From Vicugna vicugna (taxonomy: Eukaryota): 64,000 nt of DNA. The stretch lies in assembly GCA_013265495.1 (NCBI GenBank), contig MU057651.1:1437674-1501673 (forward strand), given 5' to 3'. How positions within the stretch are numbered: the stretch's first letter is position 1; every line of letters starts with the position of its first letter. Positions 37,853-51,430 of the stretch are shown piece after piece. The notes under the pieces were generated by a model that was not told the origin of the DNA, did no database searches, and saw only the letters and a list, made by a program, of their open reading frames with translations. A program made the translations under genes and the position numbers.

Positions 37853-40674
37853 TGGTCTGACAAATTTTTTTTGAAAGAAAAGTCCTAATCAAGATGACTC
37901 AATAAAAGAGCGGTTTAGGGTAAGAAAAACAGGTATCCCATGAGAATCCTGGTGCAGGATAAAGCTCAGCCTCAGGAGAACTAGAGGGTGGTTCTGGGTT
38001 CAAAGCGATCATGAGGAATGGCTAACTCTGTCTCTCAGGACATCTCTACTCCTCTCTTACCAGCTTCCTGTTTCCTCATGGCTCCTGTCTCCTCGTAGCG
38101 CTGCTTGGACTTGGCCTGACATGACTGCTCCCCTCCCCGGCATCTTTTGGCTCTTGTCCCAGCTGCAAACTGTCTTGTTTAGTCTCTCAGCTTCCCAATT
38201 CTAATTTCCTAAGAGAGGAATATGCATGGCCCAGCTCATCTTATCAAGCCCAAATCACTTTCCAGGTGATCAGTGGGCTGTTTTGAGGACGGATGGACAC
38301 TCTCAGTCCCATCAATTTAAGCCAAGGAGGTAGGGTCGCTGGCACAGTTCATGGCTACTGCCCTAGCACAGCTGGCGTGGAGTGGTTTGCCTTTGAAGGA
38401 GATATGAACCAGAAGGCACGGTACAATATATATACACAAGCCTGATGCTTAGCATGTAATCTGAAAGATAATGATACATCCAATTAGGAGCTTCAAGCAC
38501 CCATAGTCTTACCTTCTTAATTAAGAAAACAGATAGCATCCAACCCCAACACAGACCTCTCAGCCCCCTACCCCTAATAAACTAATTTGTTTCAACTGGG
38601 GAAAGAATGCAAATGTTAATTATGTTGTATCACAGGGAAAAACAGCAAGCTGGCAGCTCCCTACGGTAAAGAGGAAAGGAGAAGAAAGCACGAGACAGGC
38701 AAATCTTGACAGCGGATACCAGTGGCCTTTAAGCCCATCTCTCTTGACAGGCCTTTAGTTGGCTTTCTTTACACCCTACGATCATCTTATCTTCCTCAAA
38801 GTTTCTCCAAGTGGCATGTGAGGTCAGTGTTCAATGTTAACTAGAACAAGCAAGCAGCATCACAAACCGACAGATGGCAATTGAGAGCTTATCATTCTTA
38901 GATTATTTCATTCCCTGGGGTGATACACGCCGGACAGTAAAGCATTCTATTTTGACAGCCCCCTAATAACGGCTGTCAGACACTTCTATTACTTCAAGCC
39001 TAAACCTTCCCCTCCATAACCTTCTTTCCTCCCATCAATTCCCAGTTGCAACAATCAGAGATGCCATGCCTGCTAAAGTCAGTAGGAATTTTGCTAGTGG
39101 TGAGCATCTGGATGGAGGAAAACACAAAAACACTGACAACTATTAAGAATACTGGAGAAACAACAGATCACAAAACAAAAATCTGGTGGTAGCCATCTAG
39201 TAAAATGAGCAACAGATGAAGAGAAATTAAAAGGTTGTGCTGCCTTGAAAACAATGTTTCTCAAATTCAGAGCAGGTCCTACTGGAGTTGAAAAAAGAAG
39301 TTTCAAATAGGGTTTCAAAGACCAGAGCTGCGAAGCCCTAAAGACTTGTGAAAGAATTTAATATGTAGTCTTATCTCACAATTATCCCTGAATGGCTTAG
39401 TTTATTGAAGAGTTTTCCTGCAACACACTTAACAACATTCATTGATTTGCATCTCATCACTCCAGGTAGGCGAGTTACAGTAGCTCTGAGGGAGGGAGCA
39501 GACAGAATGGTGCTGTTATTGGTACCCAAAGGCATTTATCAATCTTTTTGTCCCCTGAACCACCTATTATCCTTTCTTCAAAACAGTCCCTCAAAATCCC
39601 TTACACTTCTTTCTCACCAGACATACTATGTAGCTGTTAAAAGGAGTGAACAGTGCTACATGCACTGGCATCCAACTCTACTGTCTGACGAGAAAAGTTT
39701 CAGATTGTAGGGAATCATCCCAGTTTCATTTAAAAAAAAAAGGAAAGAGAAATATAAAAGATCTGAAAGAATAAATGCTAGCTGTTAATAATGATTATCT
39801 CTGGTAGATGCGACGATGGAGGGTTTTTACTATTTTTTCCATTTCTGACTTCCTTAAATTTTTCTTACAAAACGTGGGTTTTGGTTTTTTTTTTACAATC
39901 AGGAAATGGATATTTTTAACCCTCTACAGTTCATTGATAGGTAGTATCAACATGGCTTTGGTTTTCACTTCTCATTTGTAGGTTTTGGAGAGGCTAGAGG
40001 GGAAAGAGTAACATGGAAGGGTCTCTGAGGTTAGAAGAAAGTCATTCATTGTGTGTATGGGAGTTGACACTTAGTAAAGCTCATGAATGGGACAGAAGGC
40101 AGCGTGGCACAGAGAGCAAACTCAGTGGCCCTGGAGTCCAACCTCAAGTCTCAGCCTACTCCTCACTTGTTTTATTTAAGCTTCCTCCTCTGTTGACTGG
40201 TAATATGTATCAAACACCTGAACATGTCTAGCATATGATGTGCTCAGCCAGTGGTAGCTATTTTTACTTTCAGTGGGGGAGTTAAAGAGTTACTGAAAAT
40301 CATTTTCATTCACTTCAGTTATGATGTCTGTAATTTAATCTAAAATACTTTCAGCCTAGACATCGTGAGGTGTATAAGTATATTCGTTTTCTACACTGTA
40401 GAGCAGTTAGTTAACATCCAGTCCTGTGCTGGACACCCAGCTGCACGGGCTAACAAGCCTTGATTCTGCGCATCCCTTCGCAACTTTGTTACTTTGGTGA
40501 GGACAAGTTGGTAGCTTGAAATGAAGTATGCAAGTTGGCAAAAACTATAAATCAGGGCTTTAAATGCTTACCAGCACACCACTGTTAACATCTGAACAAC
40601 CCTAACTGAGCATACACACTCCAGGGGCAATCAGTTAGCAACTGAAATCTCTAATCAAAGAATTCAACACTCAA

Positions 40675-41759
40675 GAATTCAACAAACAAAAAGACAAACT
40701 ACCCAATTTAAAAAATGGGCAAAGGTCTTGAACAGCTATTTCTCCAAAGAGGATATACAAATGTCCAAAGAGCACATCATTCATTATCAGGGAAATGCAA
40801 CAGAAAACTACAATGAAGTGCCACTTCACACCTATTAGGATGGCTACACTTTTGAAAATGGAAAATTAGTGCTGGCAAGAATATGGAGAAATCAGAACTC
40901 TCGTACATTGCTGGTGGGAATGTAAAGGGGCTCAGCTGCTTTGTAATATTTCTGCACTTCCTTAAAAAACTAAGCATAGAATTACCATGTGACCCAGCAA
41001 TTCTACTCCTAGGTATACACTCCAAAGAATTGAAAACAGAGACTAAACAAAAATACCTTTAAGTCAATGCTCACTGCAGCTTTATTCACAATAAAGGGAA
41101 ATAAACCAAGTGCCTACAGATAGATGAACAAAATGGAGTGTATCCATAAAACAGATTATCATTCAGCCCTAAAAAGGAATGCCACATACTATAACATGAG
41201 TGAACCTTGAAAATACTGTACTAAGTGAAAGAAGCCAGACACAAAAGGACAAATATTGTATAATTCCACTTACATGAGGTAGCTAGACAGAAAATAGAAA
41301 CAGTGGTTCCCAGGGGCTGGGGCGGGGAAAATAGGTAGTTATTGCTTAACACTTAATGGGTACAGAGCTTATATTTGGGGTGATGAAAAAGTTTTGGAAA
41401 TAGATAGTACTGATGGTTGCAGAACACTGTGAACAGAATTAGCACCACTGAACTGCACACTGAAAAATAGTTAAAATGCCCAAGTTTTGTTATACGTTTT
41501 ACTATAATTTTAAAAATTAATAATGTACCAAAAGTTACTGAATTGTATACTTAAAATGGGTGTAGTAATGGTATATAAATGATACCTCAATAAAGCTTTT
41601 CTCTAATCTCACGAGCAAGTCATGGGGGAATTTTGGGGTGATGGAAGCATTCTCTATCTTGATTATGGCGTATGCATTTGTCAAAAGTCACAGAACTCTA
41701 CCCTAAAAAGGGTGTAAGAAGGAAGATATACGTTAATTTTTTTAATGAGAAAAAAAGCC
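40675..41759 (+). mobile_element. L1MB-like 3' end
   Basis: aaatgggcaaagg..gacccagcaattctactcctaggtata..; possible TSD acactcaa at 40667-40674 and 41760-41767. Confidence 0.85.
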
Positions 41760-42531
41760 ACACTCAAATGCTTCAGCTATGAAATCCTTCAAATGGTTTA
41801 ATTAGAACAATGGATACTAGAAATGATATTTCAATGGGGAACTTCTTGGTGTTCATTCCAGACAGGTGGATCCATTAGAAATAGTCAGGCATGCTCACCT
41901 TTGCATAAATTGGATATAAGACTCGGTTGGCCCAGCGTCCTTCACCTCTTGGGAATGACACATTAGGCTCAGGAGTCCCAACAAATCTTATGTTCAGAAA
42001 CTTAATGGAGGATTTAGATGTGTGCTTTAATCAGAAAGTAAGCTGAATTCTATGGCTAGAATATTGTTGTGTGTATCTGCAGTGAACCCTTCACACAAGA
42101 CAGTGGTTGCCAACAATAAGGGATGGAATGTCTCTGGGCATACAGATCAGGCTGTATGACTCTTTTGGGCCTGATTATCAATAAGTGTCTGTGTGGCAGA
42201 ATTTGACCTGAATTGCTTTCACTGTAATATTCTAGCTGAGGGAGGAAACCTTTATAGCCCTCACTTACCTCTAACTACTGGAGATCAATGATACCCACCA
42301 AAATAAAATCGAGTAACTGCAGACAACCAAACTGGCTTATTAGATCAATGTGCAACAAATATTCTGGGGACTTCCGTACAATCAGCGGTGTGTCTGATCT
42401 TGACAATTTCAGTAAAATCAAAACGGAAGAAACAAAAAAATGATCTCCTTTCCCATTCAGGCTGTATGGCTAGCAGAGGTGAGGGGATGGGAACTGTTCA
42501 TGTTTGGGCCTTATTTACAAGGTAATACTAT

Positions 42532-42653
42532 TTTTTTAACTGAAGTACAATTGACTTACAATATTGTATTAGTTTCAATGGTACAACATAGTGATTCTAT
42601 ATTTTTATACATCACAAAATGATCACCATGGTAAGTCTAGTTACCATCTGTCC
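42532..42653 (-). mobile_element. Very short L1 3' end
   Basis: 16-bp TSD tacaaggtaatactat at 42516-42531 and 42654-42669; T-run and L1 tail motif gaagtacaattgacttacaatattgtattagtttca. Confidence 0.85.
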
Positions 42654-43966
42654 TACAAGGTAATACTATCAAATGAATTTGTTTCTTGGAAAGATTTCCC
42701 ATTTAATCCATTGCTCGCCTGGGTGTTTTATTCAAAGGGTCAAACATTACAATATGGGTCCAGGAAAAAAGATGACATTTAGCAGTAGCACCTCTTTAAA
42801 TGGAGCTGAGACTTAGGACCCAAATATCAATTTGGGGAGGGGGGGTGTCCTCTAGCCTCGGAGGCAATGTGGTTATGAGCCTGGCCAGTAGGTAACCTCA
42901 GACAATGGGTGAGCTGGGTGAGCACAGGAGGAAGGAGGTTCAGTGAAACAAGAGAAGGCAAAGACCAGCAGAAGGAAGTGAAGGCTTCATTCCATTCTTT
43001 TTCTTTCTTTTTTTAAAATCATATTACATTGTATTCTGTCATCATGAAGTCACTGTATACAACTCCTTAAAATACAGATAAAGGCTACTGGGAACCCGTA
43101 TTCTAACTGAATTAGCAGAGCTGCAGCTACAGCTCTGAGGTCGTAAGTCCCTAGAGACCTAGATGAAGGGAGACCATGACATTGGTTCCAGTTCCCTGAG
43201 TATTTTATACACGGGCATCCCCAGTCATTTCACTATAAGGAGGTTGCAGCCTGCAACATTAGGCAAACTGCTTGAAGCAAACCCAATACATTAAAATCAA
43301 GATTTAACAACCAAGAAATTCACAGGCTATAATTCACATTACCAAAGGACTTTTTTCTCATTGGGTATCTGTGGAAATCCTTACCTTTGCAAGCTACCCT
43401 CTCTGCACCTGAAGTAGGAATTAACCTCTAGATTTATATATATCACAAGCAATTTTTCTCATTCTTACAAAAGACAGCAACAGAGATGAGTACATTTGAA
43501 GGAGAGAGCACTGGTAGCTCTTAGAGGGAAGTCCTCTTAACATTTAATTTCAGCGTGTATGAATATATCCCCGAGCTGGACGCCATGATCCAGTCCTGGG
43601 CCCCCTGTCAGGGCAGCAGACGGGGAAAACCCCTCAGTCTTGCTCAGGGATTTCAATCTTACTTCTACACAACCTTCACCCTCTGAGCCACCCCTGACCC
43701 ATCATCTGTACCACGTGTATCACTCTCAGAAAGTCTGGCGCAGGTAGTACAGAAAATCAAAATCTAGACCCACTGAATCCCTAGAAGACAACTCTGCAGA
43801 GTTTTCTATGGAATACGGGTTCCCAGTAGCCTTGTGCTCTACACTGGAATTTGACAACATCGTAAAATGACTATAACTCAATAAAAAATGTTTAAAAAAA
43901 AGAAATGTTCAACCTCATTGAAAAGTGGGGAGGAAAAGAGCAATGAGATTAAGAAAATTCTAACAA

Positions 43967-44118
43967 GCGCAGGAGGGTATAGCTCAGTGGTAGAGCATGT
44001 GCTTAGCATGCATAGGGTCCTGGCTTCAATCCTCAGTACCTCCATTAAATAAATAAATAAACAAACAAACAAACCCCACCAAAAATTTTAAAAGCCCACA
44101 AAAAATAAAAACAACTAA
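43967..44118 (+). mobile_element. Vic-1-type SINE
   Basis: ggagggtatagctcagtggtagagcatgtgcttagcatgc..ttcaatcctcagtacctcc followed by a (taaa)(caaa) tail. Confidence 0.9.
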
Positions 44119-44927
44119 AAATATTCTAGCAAAAAAAAAAAAAGAGAAATTTTCAACTAGTCCCCTCAAGGAAAGAGGCAAGTGGAAACAGAAAGGGTGG
44201 GCTCCCAGGTTGTTTTTGAAGGATCAGGGAGCCATTCAAGACACACCTTTCAAGGTACCAGGACCACAGAGGGCAATTCTGCCTGTGGCTAAGCAGCAGC
44301 GACCAGCCTGCCTCCCCTCACACAGGCGGTCTCTCTCTCCCACTTCCCAACTCCAAGCCTTCGGCGCTTGATGCTGCTGTGGATCTGAGCCACAGGAAGG
44401 CACACAATAACTGGAAGCTAATGCGAAAATAAATCACTTGTGTTTTCTGATGGGACTGGGTTTTGATGGAGTTGGTGAATCACTACTGCCCAGCTCTATC
44501 CAATAAAGGAGGGGCCAATAACTCACATCCTCTCCCAGTAGCTCGCATGCCCCTGGCGGAGATGACTGTGTAACAACACCACTCTCTTCCGGCTCTTGTT
44601 CTCTCATGAATGTTTAATGGCTCCCTATTACCGACTGTATCAAGTCCAAATGTCTCCTCTGGATACTCCAGCGTGTCACGCTCTGCCTCCACTGCACCAA
44701 GCTGGCGCTATCTCCCTCCTCTCCCAATGCAGAGCTCCCACTGGGGGCAGTTTCCAATTTGAATCAGACTCACAGCTTCCTCTCTCTCCACAGTTCTCCC
44801 AGGATCTGGGCTGCCTTGCCAGAATTCCAAGTGGCCATCACATCAATGTTACTGTAGATTACTATAAATACTGAGCTTCTCTTAGCCATAAAAAAGGGGC
44901 TGTGCCTTTAAATAATCCATATGATCC

Positions 44928-45120
44928 TACACTGTCCAATATGGGCTACTACACATGGCTATTTCGATTTAAAGTGTTTCAAACTAAGCAAAATGAAAAC
45001 ATCAGTCCCTCAGTTGCAGTAACCACATGTCAGGGGCACAGCAGCCACATGTGGCTACTATGTTGGAAAGTACAAATATAAAACATTTCCATCATCATAG
45101 AAACTTCTACCGGATAGTCA
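44928..45120. mobile_element. MER3-like hAT relic
   Basis: ctgtccaat..cacatggcta..agccacatgtggcta..aacatttccatcatcatagaaa. Confidence 0.7.
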
Positions 45121-45504
45121 GTACTACTCTATACATGCAAGAGAGGAGTAGCCTACTGCGTGCTAAAATTGTTATTTGCCATCACTTGGATAACTTGAGG
45201 ATCCAGATTTGACAAAAAGGAATGCACAGGACTTAGGGTTACAGCCCATCTCAAGTAACCAGAAAAGCATTCTTATCACTGATCCCAATCAGCTCTGGAA
45301 ACATCACAGGTAATTACAACATCCCATTTTTTAAATAAAAAAGTCACATGCAGCAGACCTCAGGAACCCTTCAACAAAGCCCTGACAGACTAGTCAGCTT
45401 CAGTCCCCAGTACCTCCAATGAAAAAGAATGAAAAAAACAGGAAAATAAGCAAAAATGTTCACATTGTGGTAACAAGATTCTGGGTGATTTTTATTCTCT
45501 ATAC

Positions 45505-45715
45505 CAGGGCTCAGCAAACCATGGCCCACAAACCAAATCTGACCCACTGACTGATGTGCATATAAAGTTTTATTGGAACATAAACACACATGTCCTTTTC
45601 TATACTGTCATTGTCGATGGCTGATTTTGTGCAGCAATGGTAGAGTTGGGCAGTAGTGACAAAGACAAAATTATTTACTATCTGGCCCTCTACATAAAAA
45701 GGTTGCTTACCCTTG
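45505..45715. mobile_element. MER58A-like hAT relic
   Basis: cagggctcagcaaac..ataaagttttattggaaca..tatttactatctggccct. Confidence 0.75.
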
Positions 45716-48700
45716 TATTTTCTAAATTTTCTATAATGAGCATGTATTACCTTGCAATATTTTTCTTAAAAGGTCTATTTCCACATTGTGAAAGGCCACA
45801 AGGAACAGGCTAACAACTTCAGATTTTATTTTGTAAGTAACTGGGAGCATTAAAAGTTTCTGAGGAAGGCGAGACATGACCCGACATGATATCCACTAGT
45901 GAAACACGGAACACTAGTCATTTAAGAAGAAGAAATTTAAACTGAATGCCAGGCAAAGTCTGTGATTCTTCAACGGCTGTAACTTACTTAAAGGGGAAGG
46001 TTAACTTAAGATGTGGATTGATACTGTTTCCAAACTTCCTCCTCTGAATAAACCCCATGAGGTGGTCTCCTCCCTGCAGTAATGATCAATCAAATTTTAT
46101 CCTCCAAAGAAAGGGGGAGGCCACGTGCAAGTGTGCAACTTTTGCCTGGAGAGGCAGTATGAAAGCTTCGGGTGGTAATTCTGTATTCCTAAAGTCAGTC
46201 TTCCATCTTCCAAGCTTTTTCCTGTCTCCTATCTTTCTTTTCTACTCTAGAAGGACACAGGGAGATGACAGTGGGTAAAGGGGGAGAAGGGGCAGGGAAA
46301 GGCACAAAAGGAAAGAATATAAAGTATTAGAAGCTTCTGTCTCCAGGGCTTTCAAGGAGTCCCTAATCTACCCAGCCTTAGAATTGGTCAATGCCCTGAA
46401 TCCTAACTCCAGGGAACATGGTCCGTCCAGTTTTATATTTAGAAAGAGGAAAGAGGTATTTTTATAAGAGAAATCCTTGAATTCACAGGCTTTCTCAAGG
46501 TTGTCTATGCCCTCGCCACCTGCCTCAGGGCTACTTCCCCAGATATACTGCAAATAACCAGTTGATACAAATCATTGTCTACTCATTCTCTCAAGAATGA
46601 ACACAAGGAAAGAATGGAAGTGGTCTGAAAGACTAGTTTCCTTTCAAATAAACACACTACCAATGACAAAGAAGATGCATCATCTACAGAATGAGAAACT
46701 CACAACTATCGTAATTTCAGTTCTGGATGGAAAACACAGTAAATAGGTCTCTGGGTGGTCCCCACCCCCCTTTAAACACCTGATGGTTTTTGGATTTCAG
46801 CAAATTAAAGCTGTGAATTTCATTTGGGGCACCTTATAAGACAGAACAATTTGCATGTAACTCTGCTAGCTGTTTTTTAAAAATGTATTTATGTTGTATT
46901 TTATTGGTTCCAGAGAGAGCAGACACAGAATGCACTCAGGTGCTCAATTATTTAACAGATCATAGTTAACATTTTATATTTTAACATATACCCAGTGCCG
47001 ACAATTGTTCTCATGAGCTTTCTGAACCATTAAGCTGCACTGCTCTCCTTCCTCTAAATCAAATATAAGTAATTTGTTGTCATAGCAATGCTTCTTCCCA
47101 CTCCAAAATAGTTCAATACACGCTTTGTTTCAGCAGACAACTATCTGTCTACCAAAAATTGGTCATTATCTTCCATCTTCTTGACAAATGTCTTATTAAA
47201 TTTAGCTGCCTGGCTTTTACAGTCATCAGGAGACTGTATTTCTGTGGCACTTTCTAGCACCTGTACAGGAAAGGGGATTATAGGACCCCTGTGAAATTGC
47301 CTGGAAGCATATCACAGCTAAGTCGCTGGGTGACAGCCAATCTCCCCAGTCAGGATGACAACGATCCTTTGCCTTATTACCCAGCTTTATGGTTTATAGA
47401 GTGCTGTCACCCACTTTACTGGATGTGAGGCAGTACGAGGTGATGCTTATTTATATGCTTCTTCGATTCCCTACATCGAGTGAGTCATTTAACTGTGCGC
47501 ATCAGTTGTGACTTACACTTGGTCTGAGCTCTCACCTCTAAGGCTAAGCTCTGCTTCTCTACCCTATTGGTGTGGTATATTTTAAGCTGCTGAGGGTAAT
47601 TAAATAAGCTTTGGAATTGCAAACAGAAGGAACAACTGAGGCATAGGATACCATTTTGCCAGTTCCTTGTGCAAGGGCCCACTGACAGATATTAACTGTT
47701 CAGATCAACACACAAGACCGCACTGCAGAGTCAGCACCAACAGTCATGCTAACATCATGTTTGTAGAGCATGTTACAGTTGACAAAGCAGTTTCACAAAA
47801 ATGATCTAATTTGAACTGTATCTCTTGTCCACCCACCCCCCACAACACACACGAAAACACAGCTGAAGCAGGATGTGGGTACCTAAAGTCTTGTTCCCTG
47901 CCTTACAATTTATCCATTTTTAAATAAGGATGAATACTTGGTGTTTCCAAATCCAGTTCCTTCAAGCCCTGACCTTTACTTCATGCAGCCATATTCTGTG
48001 GAAGCGAGAGCCTACCTTCCACCCCAATAGGCTGGAATTTCTTTCTTATTAAACTTCGGTAATAAAAGCAACTTTAGAGGAAAGAACCAGAGGATAGGGA
48101 GGAGAGATTCTTCGACATGAGCCAAAGTCTTTAAAAAGAAAAGAATGGGGTTGAGGAGATGGATGCCCATGAAATTTCACTTTTTCTTTATACATCCTGT
48201 ATTTGTATTTTTTAATTTATGATCATAAGTTACTTCTATACTCAAAAAAAATTAATAAAACTTAGTCCTGACTGGCTCACCTGCTCCCCCTTTTTTGAAA
48301 TTCTCTGGGAGGGAAGGGGGCGTCAGTAAAGAGAACCGGCTCAGAGTGCTTATTTCAGAAATACAATCAGAATCAGGGGCTGCCCTAACAGAGCCTGAAA
48401 ATGAGATTTCACAGAACCACACAGGATCAAGAGCTGAAGCTGAAAACTTCCACTCCCACCCAAATGTGACCAAATGTAATTTGTCTCTCTGTATGGCTTC
48501 CAGCTTCATGTGGTTTGATTCTACTCGAAAATCTAATAAAAGGTGTAGTCGTGGCCATCACTTCTGTTGCTCGGTCCTCGCAAGCACTTGTCTCCCAGAC
48601 TTTATTTTTTTTCTGCAGAATGAGCAGAGGAGCAGATTAATTATTTAGAATCCCTACGCAACTATTATCTCAATTTCTGCACACCGCACCCCTGTCAGAT

Positions 48701-49199
48701 GGAAAAGGGAACGAGTACTACCCACATAATTACAGCCATTGAAAGAAACTAAGAGGCAAGGAGGTAACGGGATTTGAGCCAGATCCCACAGAAAATCCTA
48801 GGCAATAAGAAGCAGAATGCCTAAGGGTCTGAAACCTGTCTGACCTACCAATAGTAATGTCTATAAGGCCCAAGAGAAATAAAGCTCTCCTTCCCAACCT
48901 CTCACCCAACCCAAAAGGGATACAGCTTTCAAAATTGTTTTAATGATGACAAAAGCCTCTGGCACTTGAGGATATGAGGGTGTTAATTTTGTTTGGCAAA
49001 GTCAAATTGCTTTAAGAATTTAATTCTATAAATGGGAAGGTGCAATTCTGATTTTAAATGTGTTTCTTCCCTGGAGCTCAAAATCCAATTTACCCAGCCC
49101 ACCTAGAGGGATGCTTTTGCTTTCACCGAGTCACCCTTATTAATCTATCTACAGGCTAAGTTGCAATGGGAATGCCTATATTGATCATTTGATCAAAGG

Positions 49200-51190
49200 A
49201 TGTAACAAACAAATGTAAAAAGTAACTTACTACCCCTAATAACATAGCTTCAAAGTATATAAAGTAAAAGTCGACAGCATTAAAATAAGAGCTAGATAAA
49301 TCCACTTTTGTGGTGGTAAATTTTAACAACTCTCCCAACAATGAATAGAGTAAGCAGACGAAAAATTGGGTAAGGCTGTCAAAGAGCAGCAAAATTAACA
49401 AGGTTGATCTAGTGGACACTGACCTTATGCTGGGCCACAAAGCAAGTCTCAACAAATTTCAAAGAACCAGACCACCCAGACCACATTCTCTGATCACAAA
49501 GTCAATTTAGTTAAGTTAGAAATCAACAATAAACTTTTAAATGTCTAGAAATTATAAAAAATCTTCTAAACATCCCACGGGTTAAGAAATCACAATGGAA
49601 ATTATAAATTACTTGGCATTGAACAACATAACAAAACACTACATACCAAAATTTGTGGGATCTAGCTAAAGCAGTAGGTAGCTCAAAATTATGAGCCTCT
49701 AATGCTTATAGACAAATAAGAAAGTAGGAAAATAAATGAACTAAGCATCCAACTTAAGTCAGAAAAAGAACAAGAGATAAAACTCAAAGAATATATGAAA
49801 TATTAATTGCTTTAAAAAATAATTTAAATTAGCAGAAAGTAACAAAATAGAAGACTAACATACTATAAAGAGGATTAATAAAGCCCAAATTGCTTCCTGT
49901 AAAAGATAAATAAAACTCAAAAACTTCTTGTAAGACTGATTTTGTTTTAAATAAATAATGTTACGAACGAAAAGGGCTTTAATCCTCGGGCAGATTTCCT
50001 GAACATAATTATATAGTAGCTACAAGTAAGTAAAGCATCCTATGCCCATCCAAAAAAGAAAGAACGAACGAAATAACGAAAGAACGAAAGAAAGAAAGAA
50101 AGAGAGAAAGAGAGAAAGAGTAAAAAGGGCATTATCTTTTTAATATCTGCAGTCTCTGTAGTTAAGAGGCTATTGACAATTTTAAACCAATACATATGAA
50201 AATTTAGACAAAATGGTCACATTCTTAGGGAACTAAACTACCAACACTGATTAAAAGAAATAGAATACTTGAAAATTCCTATCATCATGAAAGAAATTAA
50301 ATCAGTAGTCCAAAAATCTTCCCACAGGAAGACACCAAAGCCCTGACAGTTTTACCAGCAAGTTCTAACAAGCATCCAAGAAACAAGTTAACTCCAAACT
50401 CATGCAAACTATTCCAGAGTTTTGAAAAAGAGGAAATACTACCCAAATGGCTTGATGAAGCTAGCATAAATACCAAAACCTGACAGGGACAGTCTGAGAA
50501 AGGAAAACTAGACCCAGATTTATTCATGAACATAGTTGTAAAAACACCAAATCAAATACTAGCAAACCATATCCAGGAACAAGAAAGATAATGCATCATG
50601 ATCAAGGCGATTTGATTTCAGGAATACAAAGGTGGTTTAATATTAGAAAATCAATATAATTCACCACATTGAAAAATTAAAGAACAAAAGCAATACAATC
50701 ATCTCCATAGATGAAGAAAAAGCCTTTGATAAAAAGCAGCATCCATTCATGATTAGACAAAAAAATAACTCAGCAAACTCAGAATAGAAAGGAACATCTA
50801 TATTCTGATAAAAGGTATCAATAAAAAAATTTACAGCAAGCCCTATACCTAATGGTGAAACACTGAAAGCATATCCTTTAAGACAGAGAACAAGACAAGG
50901 GTACCCAGTATTCCCACTTCTATTAAACATTATACTAGAAGTCTTAACCAGAACAGTAAGGCAAGAAAATGATATTAAAAATTAAACGCAAAGGAAGAGA
51001 TAAAGGTCTCATTAGTTGCAGATTATGGACACCAACATAGGGAACCCAAAAAAATCCTCAGATAAATTAATTATAATTAATTTTAAAGCATTTAGCAATG
51101 TTGCTGGATACAAAAATAATGACCAAAAATCAATAGTATTTCTGAACACCAGCAACTAACAATGACAACGTGTAAGTTAAAAAAAGAGAA
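49200..51190 (+). mobile_element. Decayed L1 ORF2 (endonuclease through RT region)
   Basis: ctgggccacaaagcaagtctcaacaaatt, cattctctgatcac, gaaaaagcctttgataaaa, gaacaagacaagggtaccc..ccacttctattaaacat motifs. Confidence 0.85.
49978..50122 (+). other. Short retro-inserted unique sequence (~74 nt) with a degenerate A/GA-rich tail, nested in L1
   Basis: TSD aaaagggc at 49970-49977 and 50123-50130; AGTAAA at 50029-50034, 17 nt before the A tail. Confidence 0.55.
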
Positions 51191-51214
51191 AAAAAAAAGA
51201 CTAAAGACTTTACA

Positions 51215-51430
51215 GGGTAGTTGGTAAAGCCCCCATGTCTGCTGTCAGACTGCCTAGTTTCTAAACCCAGCTCCACCACCAGCTGTGTGACTTTGGGCAT
51301 GCTCTTTAGTTGTTCTGTGCTCTACCTTTCAGATTTCTTGTGAGGATTAAATGAGTTAATACAGTTAAAGCACTTAGCCCAGTGCCTGGAACAAAGTAAG
51401 AGCTAAATAAATAAGAGCTGTTATTATTAC
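51215..51430 (+). mobile_element. MIR SINE
   Basis: cccagctccacc..gctgtgtgactttgggca..gtgaggattaaatgagttaat..aaagcactta. Confidence 0.8.

Noticed and set aside
49200..51190. Intact reverse transcriptase gene
   Set aside because: Many stops, frameshifts and deletions; a dead L1 ORF2.
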